From a virus (Duplodnaviria > Caudoviricetes), in IMG/VR virus record IMGVR_UViG_3300032335_001269, positions 1 to 64,000 of that record: 64,000 nucleotides of DNA; one strand, 5' to 3'. A program made the translations under genes and the position numbers. Positions 41,101 to 49,361 of this stretch are shown here, piece after piece (positions within the stretch are counted from its first letter, which is position 1; every line of letters begins with the position of its first letter). Below the pieces are notes generated by a model that saw nothing but the letters and a program-made list of their open reading frames with translations, had not been told where the DNA came from and did not search any database.

Positions 41101-44100
41101 CTCTAATAATAGGAGTTGCATTAATAATTCCTCTAACTTGTGTACTTCCAAGACCAACTGACGAATATTCTACAGATAGAGAAATATTTGGATATTTGAA
41201 TATTTGATATCCACTTCCCGTTGAATTAAACTTTACGTAGTTTTTTCTTTGATAATTTGAAGTATCCTTACCACCTATTCCAGCACTGCAAAGTCTGAAC
41301 GTATCTGAATCTAATTTTAAAATTACATAGTTATTGGATGTTGATAATCCAGTAATTGGTGCAGTTTGATAGTCATATGAAATAATTTCTCCGTCACTAA
41401 ATCCGTGATTTTTAAAAGTAATTGTATTGTTGTAAGTAGATACTCCTACTTGAGATACTCTTAAAAGTCTATTTGCATATCCGGACCCATTGCTAATTAC
41501 TGAAATTCCTGTGAGTTTATTTTTTGGTTCGGTTTTAAACTTTTGAATGCCAGAATTACCTGTAGTAGTAAATCCTACAGTATTAATACCAATAGTATAG
41601 TCGGAAAGTGATTGGTATAATTCAATTGTTCTATCGTTTACAACTTTGGTGTAATAAGTTGCACCACTTACCAAAGTTTTTGATTGATCTAAATTAGATC
41701 CGTTAAAAGTACCAACTCCAATAGCAGAATTAAAATTTCTATCATATACAATAGGTTGACCATTAACTAAACTATGCGTTGATGCAAATGAAATTCTATC
41801 GTTATTAACATCCAATCCACCACCATTGGAAATTGACCTTGCATCAAATTCTAATTCTCGCACATATTTTTCAATAATTGGCTCAAAACTCGCCCCAGAT
41901 CCATTTCCTCCAGTAAGAGAGATTGAAACAATAACATCGATATCAAAATCTTGGGGGTCAACAAATATTTTTTTGACAGATCCAATTATTACTGGTTGTA
42001 TTAGAGCAGATCCATAAGATAACTCTAAAAGTGGAGGATTAATTACATCAAATTCACTACCACCGTTTAAAACATCAACATTTTCGATTGGTCCATAATA
42101 GATTTTATCATTTGTTTTGAAGTTGTATATTTCAACTCCATTTTTTAGCATTCCAATTGCACCAGGAAGAGTCTGATGTCTCCCATTGCTTCCTAGATCT
42201 GGATTTAATTTAAATTTTTTAAGTATTTTTTGTCCTGAAATTTTATTTGATCTTTGGGAATATAATGTAAAGTTATGAGTTCCGGTTGGTGTTGATGATT
42301 GACCTGCACCGAAATAAACAAAATCTTCGCTTCCAACAACAGGACCACTCAAATATAACTTAACTTGTCTTTTGTTACTTAATACTTCAACGAAATAATT
42401 ACCTTCCTCCAATCCATTAATAGGATTGCTATCGCTAGTTGAGTAAAAAACTCTATCTCCAGTTATAAAAGAAATTTCAGTATTAAAATCAATTATTGAA
42501 TATGATTCATTGCTACTGTCATATCCGGATAATTCAAAAACATCATATCCAAAAACATCAACCCGAATTTCATATGATGGCAATGAATTAGATGCAACAT
42601 AAAAATAATCTGGTCTTTCGATATAAACATTCTGCACATCAGATATCAATTTATTATTTCCAAAATCAATTGGAATTATTGAAGATGTTGCTTTATTAAT
42701 AATTCTTCTAACATCATATTCATCTGACGAATTTAATAAAGAAGTATTTACATTAATTGAAATTACATTTCCTGAAATTGAGTTGATATTTACATTTTCA
42801 AATCCAGTAACTACAATTTCCGTATTTCTTTTTAAAATTTCAACGATATCGCCAGTCTTCAGGCTTGATGAATCTATACTAGACTTTGTTATTATTGTAT
42901 TTCCAACAAAAGAATCAATTTGATATCGTGAACTTGTATTATAAATCCAAGAATTTGCAAATATTTCTTTTGTCGTGTCTCCCTGCTCGATTACTTCTCC
43001 AAGATTTTTTGGGTAAATGATATCATTACTTAATAATTCATAGTTTTCAGTTTCAATATCAAGGTCAGATAATACGCCAGTAATTCTAAATTCTACTTTT
43101 TTTGTAGTATCTCCATCTTCATATCCATAATATGTGTCATTTGAAATTAAAAATGATTTTTTAGGTATTGCTATTGAATTTGTAGATTTAACATAACAAC
43201 CTAAAAATTGATTAACACTTTTGTCAGAATAAAAAATTTCTTGGGAACCATAAAAAATACTTCCCGAATTTAAAAATCCAATAGTAGAGTCAACACTAAT
43301 AACGGTTTCACCATCTTCTAATGGAGTTACGGTTACTTCTTCAATAACTTTGGTATTTGGTGTAATGGTAAATGTCCCAGTAACATTGGGATAAGTATCA
43401 TCATATCCAACAAAAAAATTAAGTTTATAGTAAGTTATACCATTTCTAGTAATAGTTTCTACTTCGGATACTGCAGCACTAGTGAATTCATCTGTTGTTT
43501 TTTTAATTGTCTGACCAACTAGTTTTGTTGGATTGCCGGAAATATTACTTATAATCGCAACATCTCTTCTAATATAACCAGCATCTGATGGTTTAATTAA
43601 AAATTTCTCAAGATTAATTACACTTGGTGTTTCCCCATACAATACATTAAAAAGTATTCTAAAAGATTCAGGAGTTCCTTTAGACTCATATAAAGTTCTT
43701 GCTTCTTTTATGAAATTTCCTGCATCAAGATTTTCAGTAAAATCTAAACCTTCTAGTCCAGGTGTTAAACTAAACTTTATTTTCTTATAAAATTCTTGTA
43801 AAAAGAGAGAACTTAAATTTTGTACTGAAGATCCTGATTCGTGAGAAGTAGCAGAAGATTGACTAAAAACTAATTCTCCATATTGCAAATCTTTATGATA
43901 ATTAGTAACACCACTAAATCCTCTTATACACCCAGTGAAAGTATTTCCGGATATAGCAGTATATGTAATAATCTCATTATCAATTTTGAAGAGACCATAC
44001 TTTGCAGGAAAACCTCTAGTACTTGATACTGAAATTATGGTAGAAGTTGTTGTAATATCGTCTTCAAGAGTTGTATAACCAATAACTACTTCTGGAGTAA

Positions 44101-44290
44101 GATTATCAAGTTCAATATATTGATCTAAATTTTCAGCGATATCTACAGGACCACCCTGATACTCTTGGGAGATATAGTATTGCTTTAAAAATTCAGCAGC
44201 CTTTGGACTTTCATCTAAAATAAATTCTGGAAGCTGACTATCGATTATTTGTTGTACTTTTACTCTAGATTCAAAACCCGTTTGTATCAT
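32111..44290 (-). CDS. gp7: Baseplate wedge initiator gp7 (4059 aa)
   Basis: QLPEF, FLKQYY, YESKGT..SFRILF, IIGWAYDGNPIYG, DNDYYQNLSYS; between gp6 and gp8. Confidence 0.88.
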   Translation of the reverse strand: MIQTGFESRVKVQQIIDSQLPEFILDESPKAAEFLKQYYISQEYQGGPVDIAENLDQYIELDNLTPEVVIGYTTLEDDITTTSTIISVSSTRGFPAKYGLFKIDNEIITYTAISGNTFTGCIRGFSGVTNYHKDLQYGELVFSQSSATSHESGSSVQNLSSLFLQEFYKKIKFSLTPGLEGLDFTENLDAGNFIKEARTLYESKGTPESFRILFNVLYGETPSVINLEKFLIKPSDAGYIRRDVAIISNISGNPTKLVGQTIKKTTDEFTSAAVSEVETITRNGITYYKLNFFVGYDDTYPNVTGTFTITPNTKVIEEVTVTPLEDGETVISVDSTIGFLNSGSIFYGSQEIFYSDKSVNQFLGCYVKSTNSIAIPKKSFLISNDTYYGYEDGDTTKKVEFRITGVLSDLDIETENYELLSNDIIYPKNLGEVIEQGDTTKEIFANSWIYNTSSRYQIDSFVGNTIITKSSIDSSSLKTGDIVEILKRNTEIVVTGFENVNINSISGNVISINVNTSLLNSSDEYDVRRIINKATSSIIPIDFGNNKLISDVQNVYIERPDYFYVASNSLPSYEIRVDVFGYDVFELSGYDSSNESYSIIDFNTEISFITGDRVFYSTSDSNPINGLEEGNYFVEVLSNKRQVKLYLSGPVVGSEDFVYFGAGQSSTPTGTHNFTLYSQRSNKISGQKILKKFKLNPDLGSNGRHQTLPGAIGMLKNGVEIYNFKTNDKIYYGPIENVDVLNGGSEFDVINPPLLELSYGSALIQPVIIGSVKKIFVDPQDFDIDVIVSISLTGGNGSGASFEPIIEKYVRELEFDARSISNGGGLDVNNDRISFASTHSLVNGQPIVYDRNFNSAIGVGTFNGSNLDQSKTLVSGATYYTKVVNDRTIELYQSLSDYTIGINTVGFTTTGNSGIQKFKTEPKNKLTGISVISNGSGYANRLLRVSQVGVSTYNNTITFKNHGFSDGEIISYDYQTAPITGLSTSNNYVILKLDSDTFRLCSAGIGGKDTSNYQRKNYVKFNSTGSGYQIFKYPNISLSVEYSSVGLGSTQVRGIINATPIIRGKISEVYVYDKGSNYGTTTLNVHKRPQVIIKNGKNAQLRPTITNGRITDVQVLYGGVEYYSTPDLVVSGSGIGAIVKPVILDNKITDVVVVNPGTGYTSTDTIIKVVPVGKNEVLKVNIRSLTLNNSYKYGVQNEFYRNPSSEVLIETYGEGLQYAVIGYSQNTKTNFNDNGDLSGQHSDIIGWAYDGNPIYGSFGYEDPNDTNSSIKKLQPGYSLVDLDNRPSTTQFPYGYFVEDYEYTGSGNLDQYNGRFGKTKDFPDGVYAYFATTETNIDGQLVGKFPYFIGNEYRSPYLEENIELDQSFDFNNSKLLRNTLPYKVNDEYADNDFITESNEIIQQKTLVESVSSGSVSTLEVVNSGSDYKVNDQIIFDESDTEGSGIFAKVSEIKGKQINDINTTIQSYNDSLITWVNGNTVRVYIAPYHEFLNRDNINISGLSNQVLNINGSYQIGLTTYSTILDKQIPAYASTGIVTDVYLTSIPQNVAVGSSFKIDNEIFSVLNIYNNFGVVRVSRNASGGIHTQTTPVYFLPDSFTVNNSTDYFESKVNDKVYYNPTKSVGIGTTVGVGINVNYNIGITTYNTFIPTQSIFVPNHPFVTGQQVIFRKPTGGDPITVSNTSTSASFNILSGNSETLYAINKSKDYIGIVTNVGLTTNTNGLFFRNTSWSSANDDYRYSIESNFTQVTADINKINTVVSVSTSHNLSIGDKVSLNVNPDLSVGIGTSSSIKVLYNTKYGKLMINPIGFGSESVFPTSIYYDSATRQPTIDYQVGIAWIDKVITPSATRNAQQIYDYVWDNYDKFDVDGDGIVSSVDGFIIIREMFGSFPGAALTTGITFPEGATRTTATSIRSYISSVTGGVGIGSTIGISPFSSCYDIDGGGSVAPLGDGLMIYRFATTPGLGLGGYYGSGSLEGYFQITNHGLKSGDKILYLSNTSQFIPLDDGEYFVHKVDDSKFKLGQTYKDVTEYPINSVSVGFTGGSNQVISLINPQIEVIKNNNLAFNLSDSSLSGYNLKIYYDKDFSKEFVSVATTTSLSISGVGTVGVSTNASLTLDYTDSVPEKLYYNLEKSGYIGTADSDVVNYSEIIFVDSEYKGRYDVIGIATTTFTVSLKNIPEKLSYQKNDCDVLEYTTSSTTATGGINKVNLISGGYGYKSLPRFTGSNSTNGKGAFIIPSSETIGKITQSRIVNEGFEYASDKTLRPTANIPQSVYISSSNSIDSITILNGGQNYASAPDLILVDSDTGELIESGFLKASLTGSSIGEVKIEVEPKGLPIKPVTIRAINNSNGISIDTIQSSSGVVTCFLTTPLSGFTIAPFSIGDRIFVEGIEKSGSLGDGFNSTDYGYQFFTVTNFQNINPAKLEFNLSGLSTNTGIAKTIQESYATVINFKNYPEFEVIQKFSPFQIGEGLSSDDGNGFIVRDLVVVSCDENFVRVSGNYNLSAGEKIRGLESSNEATIDSVKVVDGVYNVDYFNLQEFGWRFETGKLNENFQVTPDNDYYQNLSYSVKSTKTWEEIVTPVNNLLHISGMKNFADTQIMQSVQSGIGTTESPLTLLNVFESDTRVDRINNLDLVVDVDILDSKSKFIKFRNIRLADYILCKTNRVLNIDDISSQFSSENDELSEVSNIFRINSGNNYNRFLIQTRNIFTNEIQFNEIITINDDVNIFTLQKAYLTSLDNQNTIADIEGYVDAALNFYLKFSPEDTNNSDFDIKILQDTFTTKSGIGTTQSIGFIDLVAANKIVSSGITTSIFSLDSSKYSAIYSNIHILNNDSSDMNYVEIYLTHDGSNTYISEYYFDDNLTETSSRFIGSFGASISSGVLSLNYTNTSAESMTVRTKNVGFGTTAVGVGTYRFKLPGQSDGSERTVTLQSQFNNISSGSTSILVLNKSLFTSSKSTIKVGLGQTSALHQIMAINDGSDSYSIQYPFLSVGSTSGIGTFGAEISGNNFIIKFYADPSISGNLEILSFSENFYKDLDVVNIPPALTYSPVRQEVEVAKYYGTNSPNINKYDFEAKYEGVPIFMKTFNPSDSDVLNPATGVFTIANHFFNTGEQLIYTPKSTFIGIGTSAMGIGATANYVGVVTTILPSVVYAIKDSNSTFRISTRKEYATQGIGVTFTSFGLGNAHQLEMYKKNEKSIISINEIVQSPLAYSNITHTLSGNGGQIGTASTIFALSGISSITPTDIIKIDDEYMRIENVGLGTTNSGPITFAGSISLVEVTRGLVGSTAGLHTDSSIARVYRGSYNISENKIFFTEAPRGNSLDLVGPSESNLLRERASFNGRVFLREDYTSNQVYDDISNQFTGIGQTFILTSQGINTVGLGTSGGNGIVFINNIFQSPTTFNNSSNNYLITENSGITNITFSGITSSNSNIFTSQYDINQNQLPRGGVIVSLGSTGGLGIAPLVGASVTAVVGAGGSIVAIGIGTIDIIGSGYRNPVSVAITESGHIGTGAVITANVGAGGTLSFNIVNPGAGYTNPTVNVSSPSYENLPVTGVSRLGIGNTTATGIGLLLNIEVGASSTTTGIGSTLFEVKNFNIARNGYSFRVGDVFKPVGLVTAKGLSSPISEFQLTVLDVFTDSFAAWQFGELDYIDSIKNYQDGIRTRFPLYYNSEILSFEIDENDPDSQLIDLDSVILIFINGVLQEPGVSYQFNGGTSFTFSAAPKPEDNIAIFFYRGTRDEDTIQINAIETVKVGDTVQIFSNNANIQNTITQDARVINDVSASDKIETNLYTGQGVDESNNKPLYWTKQKTDLILNGEIVYKSRDSLESQIYPTANIIGNFNNSTNQIFVDDSSLFNYENQLPINFDAFIFSNNSVDEYEIITNISDVEGYDVSIIGIATTSGIGSLLALKFTLDRDPFSFPDLQVGYPVYITETTVGQGVTSINTSNTDTISISTSFLNNIYQIHAINSTLGIITCNIASNTSIVGIATTGTLEYPVGRLSWGRLSGFSRSNNPISIGVTDYTSSIGITTFGYNSGLSTYPIIQRRGYGLRSNGSLKKDL

Positions 44291-44291
44291 A

Positions 44292-46241
44292 TTACGACCT
44301 CATTAATTTCCCGTTTGAGTAACTTGAGCGATACGAATTTTTTGTGAAGACAACTCCGGAAATATCTTCTCCAGATGCAATTGTATCTTTTACCATATTT
44401 ATTTGACTTTTCGAAACATCAAAAGACACATAAAGATCTTTAAGACCGATGACATCATTTGATTCTGGATATGCTTGTATTTCTATTAAATCATTCCCCA
44501 ATTGTGTAGATGTAATTGTAATTGTATTCAGAGTTATCTCTCCATTTGCATAATTTACGACTCCAGCGGATTGTACAACTACAAACGGAGATAGTGATGC
44601 AGTAGATGCTCCTGTTGAAGTTTCAATAGGTTTTACAATTGAAATAACTCCTGTCACACCATCAGCGTTTGGAGTATCTGTCAAATAAACTATATCTGGT
44701 TCGTCTTTAATATTGAATCCGGTTGACTTGATATTATACTCTGACGAATTTACGTGGAATTGATTACCAAAACATATTTCATATTGAGCTGGGGAATTTA
44801 TGAGTGCTTTTAAGTCTCTCCTAATTCTAACCCTAGTAATGTTTGATGTAATTGCAGTGTCGGTATTATCAATAACTTGAAGAAGTTTACTATATTTAAA
44901 TCTGCCGCCAAATTTGTTTAAATCTACAGACTGAGAGTATTTGTTAAGTGAGTTAGTTACTCTTGTTTTTAAATCGGAAACGCTTCCAACTTGATTATAA
45001 TTATAGTAAATATAAGATTCAACTTCAACATATAGTATCTTAAGATCTACTATTTTAGGACGCACTCCAGAAACACTATATTGAGTTAATTTAGATAGTA
45101 TCTGCTCTTTATCAAAATCAGAAACAAATGTTCCATTTTTTGGTTTAATACTAATTGAGACAGTTCCATATTCTGGAGGACTTAATTCTTCACCACCAAC
45201 AACAGAAACAGACTCTGCGTTTCCATAAATTTTTGATTTAATAATTGTTTCATAATCACTTGCAGTTACTGCTCTATACTGGGAAGAATATAGACGAGGT
45301 GCAAAGTAACGAATTGAATCTATTGTTTCTATATCAGACCCATTTTGAGCACTTTGATTTGTAGTTACACTAATTGTATTTGTTGCAATAACATTTCTAT
45401 CATCCGCATCTTTAAAAGAACCGGCAAAACTAAATGTGTCGGCACCATTTCCATCTTTACCACTTGTTATAATATAATTTGCAGTAATAACTGAAGAATT
45501 TTCAAGTTTTTTACCAAATATCCCATCACCAAAAAGAAGTTGATATTTTTCATCTTGAACTTCTTGAACTAAAAAGATTTCAGAACTTGAATCAACATTA
45601 AAGATATTATCAACTAAAGAATATAAAGAACCAAGACCACTGTCACTAACACCCTTAATATAAACTCTGATAGTAGAAGTATCAATAAAAGGATTATCAA
45701 GAACAAACTTTTGATCTAGTGATGCATCAACCGTAAACTTTTTAGTTAAGAAAGTTCCTTCTCTGATTGTAATATTGCTAAATGTTGCAATCCCGTTTAC
45801 AACAGGAACTGTAACACTTTGGGGAATTGAAAATACGTAAGAAGACCCTCTTACAGAACCAGTGCATACGAGACCTGCTTGTAAAGTAATTGCAGATGTA
45901 TATACTGGGGTGCCGTCTTGTAATATTTGATCTGGGTCTACGGTTATGTTAAATGAAACTATTGCACTTGCCGCATTTCTGGAGTATGGGACATATCCAA
46001 TATTTCTAGCAAGTGAGACAACATTTTCTCTTACAGTTGCAGAATCCAAAAAGGATTCATTAACAACCATATTTGAGTTGAATGCAGTAATATATGTGTT
46101 ATATGCTAACGTGTCGATTAAAACAGAAAAATTCGATCCTTCAAAATCAAAGTCCGTAAATGTAGAGTTAGCACGGAGATAATCTTTGATTGAAGTTTTT
46201 ATCTGATCGAAATCTAGATTTGTAAATTGAGTAAAAGGCAT
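44292..46241 (-). CDS. gp6: Baseplate wedge subunit gp6
   Basis: LDFDQIK, DFDFEGS, LAYNTY, NESFLDSA, QYRAVTASDY. Confidence 0.96.
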   Translation of the reverse strand: MPFTQFTNLDFDQIKTSIKDYLRANSTFTDFDFEGSNFSVLIDTLAYNTYITAFNSNMVVNESFLDSATVRENVVSLARNIGYVPYSRNAASAIVSFNITVDPDQILQDGTPVYTSAITLQAGLVCTGSVRGSSYVFSIPQSVTVPVVNGIATFSNITIREGTFLTKKFTVDASLDQKFVLDNPFIDTSTIRVYIKGVSDSGLGSLYSLVDNIFNVDSSSEIFLVQEVQDEKYQLLFGDGIFGKKLENSSVITANYIITSGKDGNGADTFSFAGSFKDADDRNVIATNTISVTTNQSAQNGSDIETIDSIRYFAPRLYSSQYRAVTASDYETIIKSKIYGNAESVSVVGGEELSPPEYGTVSISIKPKNGTFVSDFDKEQILSKLTQYSVSGVRPKIVDLKILYVEVESYIYYNYNQVGSVSDLKTRVTNSLNKYSQSVDLNKFGGRFKYSKLLQVIDNTDTAITSNITRVRIRRDLKALINSPAQYEICFGNQFHVNSSEYNIKSTGFNIKDEPDIVYLTDTPNADGVTGVISIVKPIETSTGASTASLSPFVVVQSAGVVNYANGEITLNTITITSTQLGNDLIEIQAYPESNDVIGLKDLYVSFDVSKSQINMVKDTIASGEDISGVVFTKNSYRSSYSNGKLMRS

Positions 46242-46242
46242 T

Positions 46243-46644
46243 TTATCTTGTTGCCTCTAATATGAATGAAAATTGTTGTGTTGGTACTTCTTGCCCAATA
46301 ATATCAAAAATTACAGTCACTTCAAATTCATTTGTGTCTGGACTTGGATTGACTTCAACGTCCACATTATCAACTCTAGGTTCATAGTTGGAAATTGTAT
46401 TTATAATTTGCTCCCTGATTACAGATGCAGTTGCAAAATCAACAAACTCAAATAAACTAGAGCGGACATCAGATCCCAAACTTGGATTAAAAAATCTTTC
46501 ATTTGGGATTGTTTCTACAAGATTGCGAATTGAGCGTATAATTGCATTTTGATTTTTCAAAATTGGCAGATCTTTTGTCACAGGATGTGCTTCAAAAGAC
46601 AGGCTAATATCTTTAAATGATCTAGATATTCGTGTGACTGCCAT
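46243..46644 (-). CDS. gp25: Baseplate wedge subunit gp25
   Basis: FKDISLSF, ERFFNP..GS, YEPRV. Confidence 0.95.
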   Translation of the reverse strand: MAVTRISRSFKDISLSFEAHPVTKDLPILKNQNAIIRSIRNLVETIPNERFFNPSLGSDVRSSLFEFVDFATASVIREQIINTISNYEPRVDNVDVEVNPSPDTNEFEVTVIFDIIGQEVPTQQFSFILEATR

Positions 46645-46674
46645 TGGATATGAAATTTCTTGGATTATTTATGT

Positions 46675-46917
46675 TTATTTCCAGAGAGATCCATATCCAG
46701 GCTCAGTCCCATATTCCCAATCATCATAATCTTCATCATTACGAATTTTTTCATGAAGTTCTTGTTGTTTCTTTAAATCATGTTTTGGTGCCAAATCATG
46801 CATAACCTCTTGAATGACTCTTTTTGATGGTACATTTTCATAATCTGTAATCAGGTGAGTAGTTCCCCACATTTCTCTCATATAATTCGAATCTCTATCT
46901 ACTGGTAAGTTTGACAT
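46675..46917 (-). CDS. Conserved cyanophage hypothetical protein
   Basis: ORF with AGGAG Shine-Dalgarno; WGT..LITDY motif. Confidence 0.7.
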   Translation of the reverse strand: MSNLPVDRDSNYMREMWGTTHLITDYENVPSKRVIQEVMHDLAPKHDLKKQQELHEKIRNDEDYDDWEYGTEPGYGSLWK

Positions 46918-46984
46918 TTTGCTCCTGTTTTAAATGAATAAAACAGAACTTTTATGAAGGAGGTTGCTATCTCCTTATTTCTAT

Positions 46985-47326
46985 TTAACGATCCACTTCT
47001 CTCAATGAATAATTATCCGAATCTAGGTATTTAAGCATTTCTAAAGCAACTAATTTGGGATTTCCTTCACCGCAAGTATAAACATCAATTGCAATACACC
47101 CCTCTTCTGGCCAAGTATGGCAAGATACATGACTTTCCGCAAGGGCAATAACTATTGTGCAACCTTGAGGTAAAAAACAATGTGAAAATATATTCAGAAT
47201 TGTCATTTTGGCACGTTCGATGCCCCTGATCATGACGTTCTGTAGAGATTCTACATCATTGATTAGGTGAAAATCGACATTATACACCTCTAAGAGTAGG
47301 TGTTTGCCCATCGAAAACTGTTTCAA
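46985..47326 (-). CDS. speD: S-adenosylmethionine decarboxylase proenzyme
   Basis: MGKHLL, F.PQG, LAESHVSCHTWPE (pyruvoyl self-cleavage ES), DVYTCG. Confidence 0.95.
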   Translation of the reverse strand: MKQFSMGKHLLLEVYNVDFHLINDVESLQNVMIRGIERAKMTILNIFSHCFLPQGCTIVIALAESHVSCHTWPEEGCIAIDVYTCGEGNPKLVALEMLKYLDSDNYSLREVDR

Positions 47327-47359
47327 TTGAGTTTTGGGGAATAAAGGTATATTTATTAT

Positions 47360-47851
47360 CTATTTCCAGTGATTATTTGGTCTTTCCCACCAAAAATGAA
47401 GATCTTCCTTTGTATCATCATAGTATAAAGAAACAAAATCACTTTTAAATTTACTATGAATGTTCTCACATAGGGCAACAGTGTAGTATTTTTGAGTGAT
47501 TAGGTCAGTAATCCAGGTGTAATTTCCCCCACGTATAACCCCTGCTTCAATTAAGACAAATTTTTTCCATTTTTTTGACCATTTTGAATAATTTGCAATA
47601 AAATCCTTCTGATATTCCTTTACATTTTCATCAGGAAACGGAACATTGACTGCTTCAATATGATATATTTCACGATTAATGCTTAAAGAATGTGAAAGAT
47701 GTTGTGTTACTACTGCAGAATAGTCTGGAGAGACCATTAAAAAACAAGTATCAGAAGGATTGATATCAATCCCCGATACTTGAATTCTATAAGTCATTTC
47801 TTGAATTAGTGCTTTTTCTTTATCTTCCGAAATAAAAAGCAAAGACTTCAT
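47360..47851 (-). CDS. Phosphoribosyltransferase-fold protein
   Basis: FVLIEAGVIRGGNY resembles a PRPP-binding loop; C-terminal FWWE. Confidence 0.5.
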   Translation of the reverse strand: MKSLLFISEDKEKALIQEMTYRIQVSGIDINPSDTCFLMVSPDYSAVVTQHLSHSLSINREIYHIEAVNVPFPDENVKEYQKDFIANYSKWSKKWKKFVLIEAGVIRGGNYTWITDLITQKYYTVALCENIHSKFKSDFVSLYYDDTKEDLHFWWERPNNHWK

Positions 47852-47994
47852 CTTTTCCCCTGACCCCTATACTTTTTACGAGCGGAATTACGAGAAGACG
47901 CTGAGTATTTAGTATTAGAACCACATCCTTGCCGAGTATTCTTTGGATGAGACTCAACTTCTTTGCCACCACTCAAAGATTTTTTAATTGCCAT
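47848..47994 (-). CDS. Small basic protein, 48 aa (missing from ORF track)
   Basis: MAIKKSLSGGKEVESHPKNTRQGCGSNTKYSASSRNSARKKYRGQGKR; ATGA overlap with the next gene. Confidence 0.75.
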   Translation of the reverse strand: MAIKKSLSGGKEVESHPKNTRQGCGSNTKYSASSRNSARKKYRGQGKR

Positions 47995-47997
47995 AAG

Positions 47998-48159
47998 TTA
48001 TTCTCCAATAATTTCTGTTTCAAGTTCTTCAGGGCGTGGAGAACCTGTCTGATAGAATTCGATTGACAGATCCTCCATAATATTGAAATATTCTTCTTCA
48101 GAAAGATTTGAATAAATTTTTCTTCCTTTACAAAGAATATTGTAAGATTCGTTAGTCAT
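47998..48159 (-). CDS. Hypothetical protein (likely start MTNESY)
   Basis: Start placed directly after the stop of the glycosyltransferase-like gene. Confidence 0.7.
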   Translation of the reverse strand: MTNESYNILCKGRKIYSNLSEEEYFNIMEDLSIEFYQTGSPRPEELETEIIGE

Positions 48160-48160
48160 C

Positions 48161-48919
48161 TCAAATAATTCTTGTTTTTTCGTGCCCAACGCGAATGCGA
48201 GGATCGCACCAAATTTCAAATCCTGCTTCTTTTGCATCCAAACAGAATGATACATCCTCTCCACACATATCCTGAACTTCTCCAGATTCAAAGACTTGCA
48301 TCTTTGGGGCAAACCAAGGATACTTCATTTCAGAGTGCTCAAAGACACCGTGCTTAATCAGCAACCAACCAAAACCTGCATAATCCACAGTGAATGGTTT
48401 ACGGCGCTTTGAGATGCTTTCGACGGTTTCATGATTCATTACACCACCATTGTTTCTGAAGTCATCTTCTTCCATCCAATGAGCAACCGAAGTCGTGTGC
48501 CCATCTTCTGTTGCATACCAACCAGAAGCAATGTCTCTGTCCATCAGAACCAATTGCCAGAACTTTTCTGAAGTGAACACAATGTCAGAGTCAATCCAGA
48601 GTTGCCAATCATATTTCAGTTTACCATCCCAAGGAACTTGGTCTGGTCCACGAAGAACATTTGCACCAAGACATTTGCATCGTGCAAAGTTGACCATTGA
48701 GGAATAGTCTTGTGAGATTTGAATACTTGCGCCGCTTTGCACCAAATCAAAACAGAGTTGTACAAAGTTTTTCAGATAGGTATATGAAACACCTCTACCT
48801 GGAAGACAAAAGACAATTGACTTGCCTCTTACCATTTCTCTTGCAAGGTCATAGTCCCATTCTTCTGTTGGTTTTTGAGTGACGGGCGATTTTGCTTTTA
48901 CCGTAAATCCTTTTGCCAT
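48161..48919 (-). CDS. GT-A fold glycosyltransferase-like protein
   Basis: NFARC, WIDSDI (DxD), GFGWLLI, GEDVSFC, VGHEK; TTGACA-17-TATGAT promoter at 48970-48942. Confidence 0.75.
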   Translation of the reverse strand: MAKGFTVKAKSPVTQKPTEEWDYDLAREMVRGKSIVFCLPGRGVSYTYLKNFVQLCFDLVQSGASIQISQDYSSMVNFARCKCLGANVLRGPDQVPWDGKLKYDWQLWIDSDIVFTSEKFWQLVLMDRDIASGWYATEDGHTTSVAHWMEEDDFRNNGGVMNHETVESISKRRKPFTVDYAGFGWLLIKHGVFEHSEMKYPWFAPKMQVFESGEVQDMCGEDVSFCLDAKEAGFEIWCDPRIRVGHEKTRII

Positions 48920-48966
48920 AATTTCAAGTGATTACTAAAGTATCATACCTCATTATATAGCAGTTG

Positions 48967-49140
48967 TCAATCTGTTGATTCGGAAAGAATAACCTCACCC
49001 CCATCCATAGTAAAGCATATCTTAGTATCTTCATACCAAGAAAGTTCATTCATAATTTGCTCTGGAATTTTGATGAAGTATTCTCCACTAATTGGATCAA
49101 CCTCTATGGGCTCAAAAATATTCCCGGAATTTTTTTTCAT
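48967..49140 (-). CDS. AbrB/SpoVT-like small DNA-binding protein
   Basis: GEYFIKIPEQIMNELSWYEDTKICF swapped-hairpin pattern; likely start MKKNSG. Confidence 0.65.
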   Translation of the reverse strand: MKKNSGNIFEPIEVDPISGEYFIKIPEQIMNELSWYEDTKICFTMDGGEVILSESTD

Positions 49141-49361
49141 TTCTGTAAAACCTTTTTTCGTTTTTATATAGGGAAAAAAATTTTTATAATGAGTGTAATA
49201 ATTAGATCGCTTTCGTAACACTTTGTAGGTTAGGGGGACCCATCGATTTTATATACGGGGGGGGTTATCTTATAACACGCCGCCGGCGGGGGCGGGCACA
49301 ATACCCGGACCCCTGCCAAACACGAACGAATGAGACTGCCCCTCACGAACAATGCAAGGGG

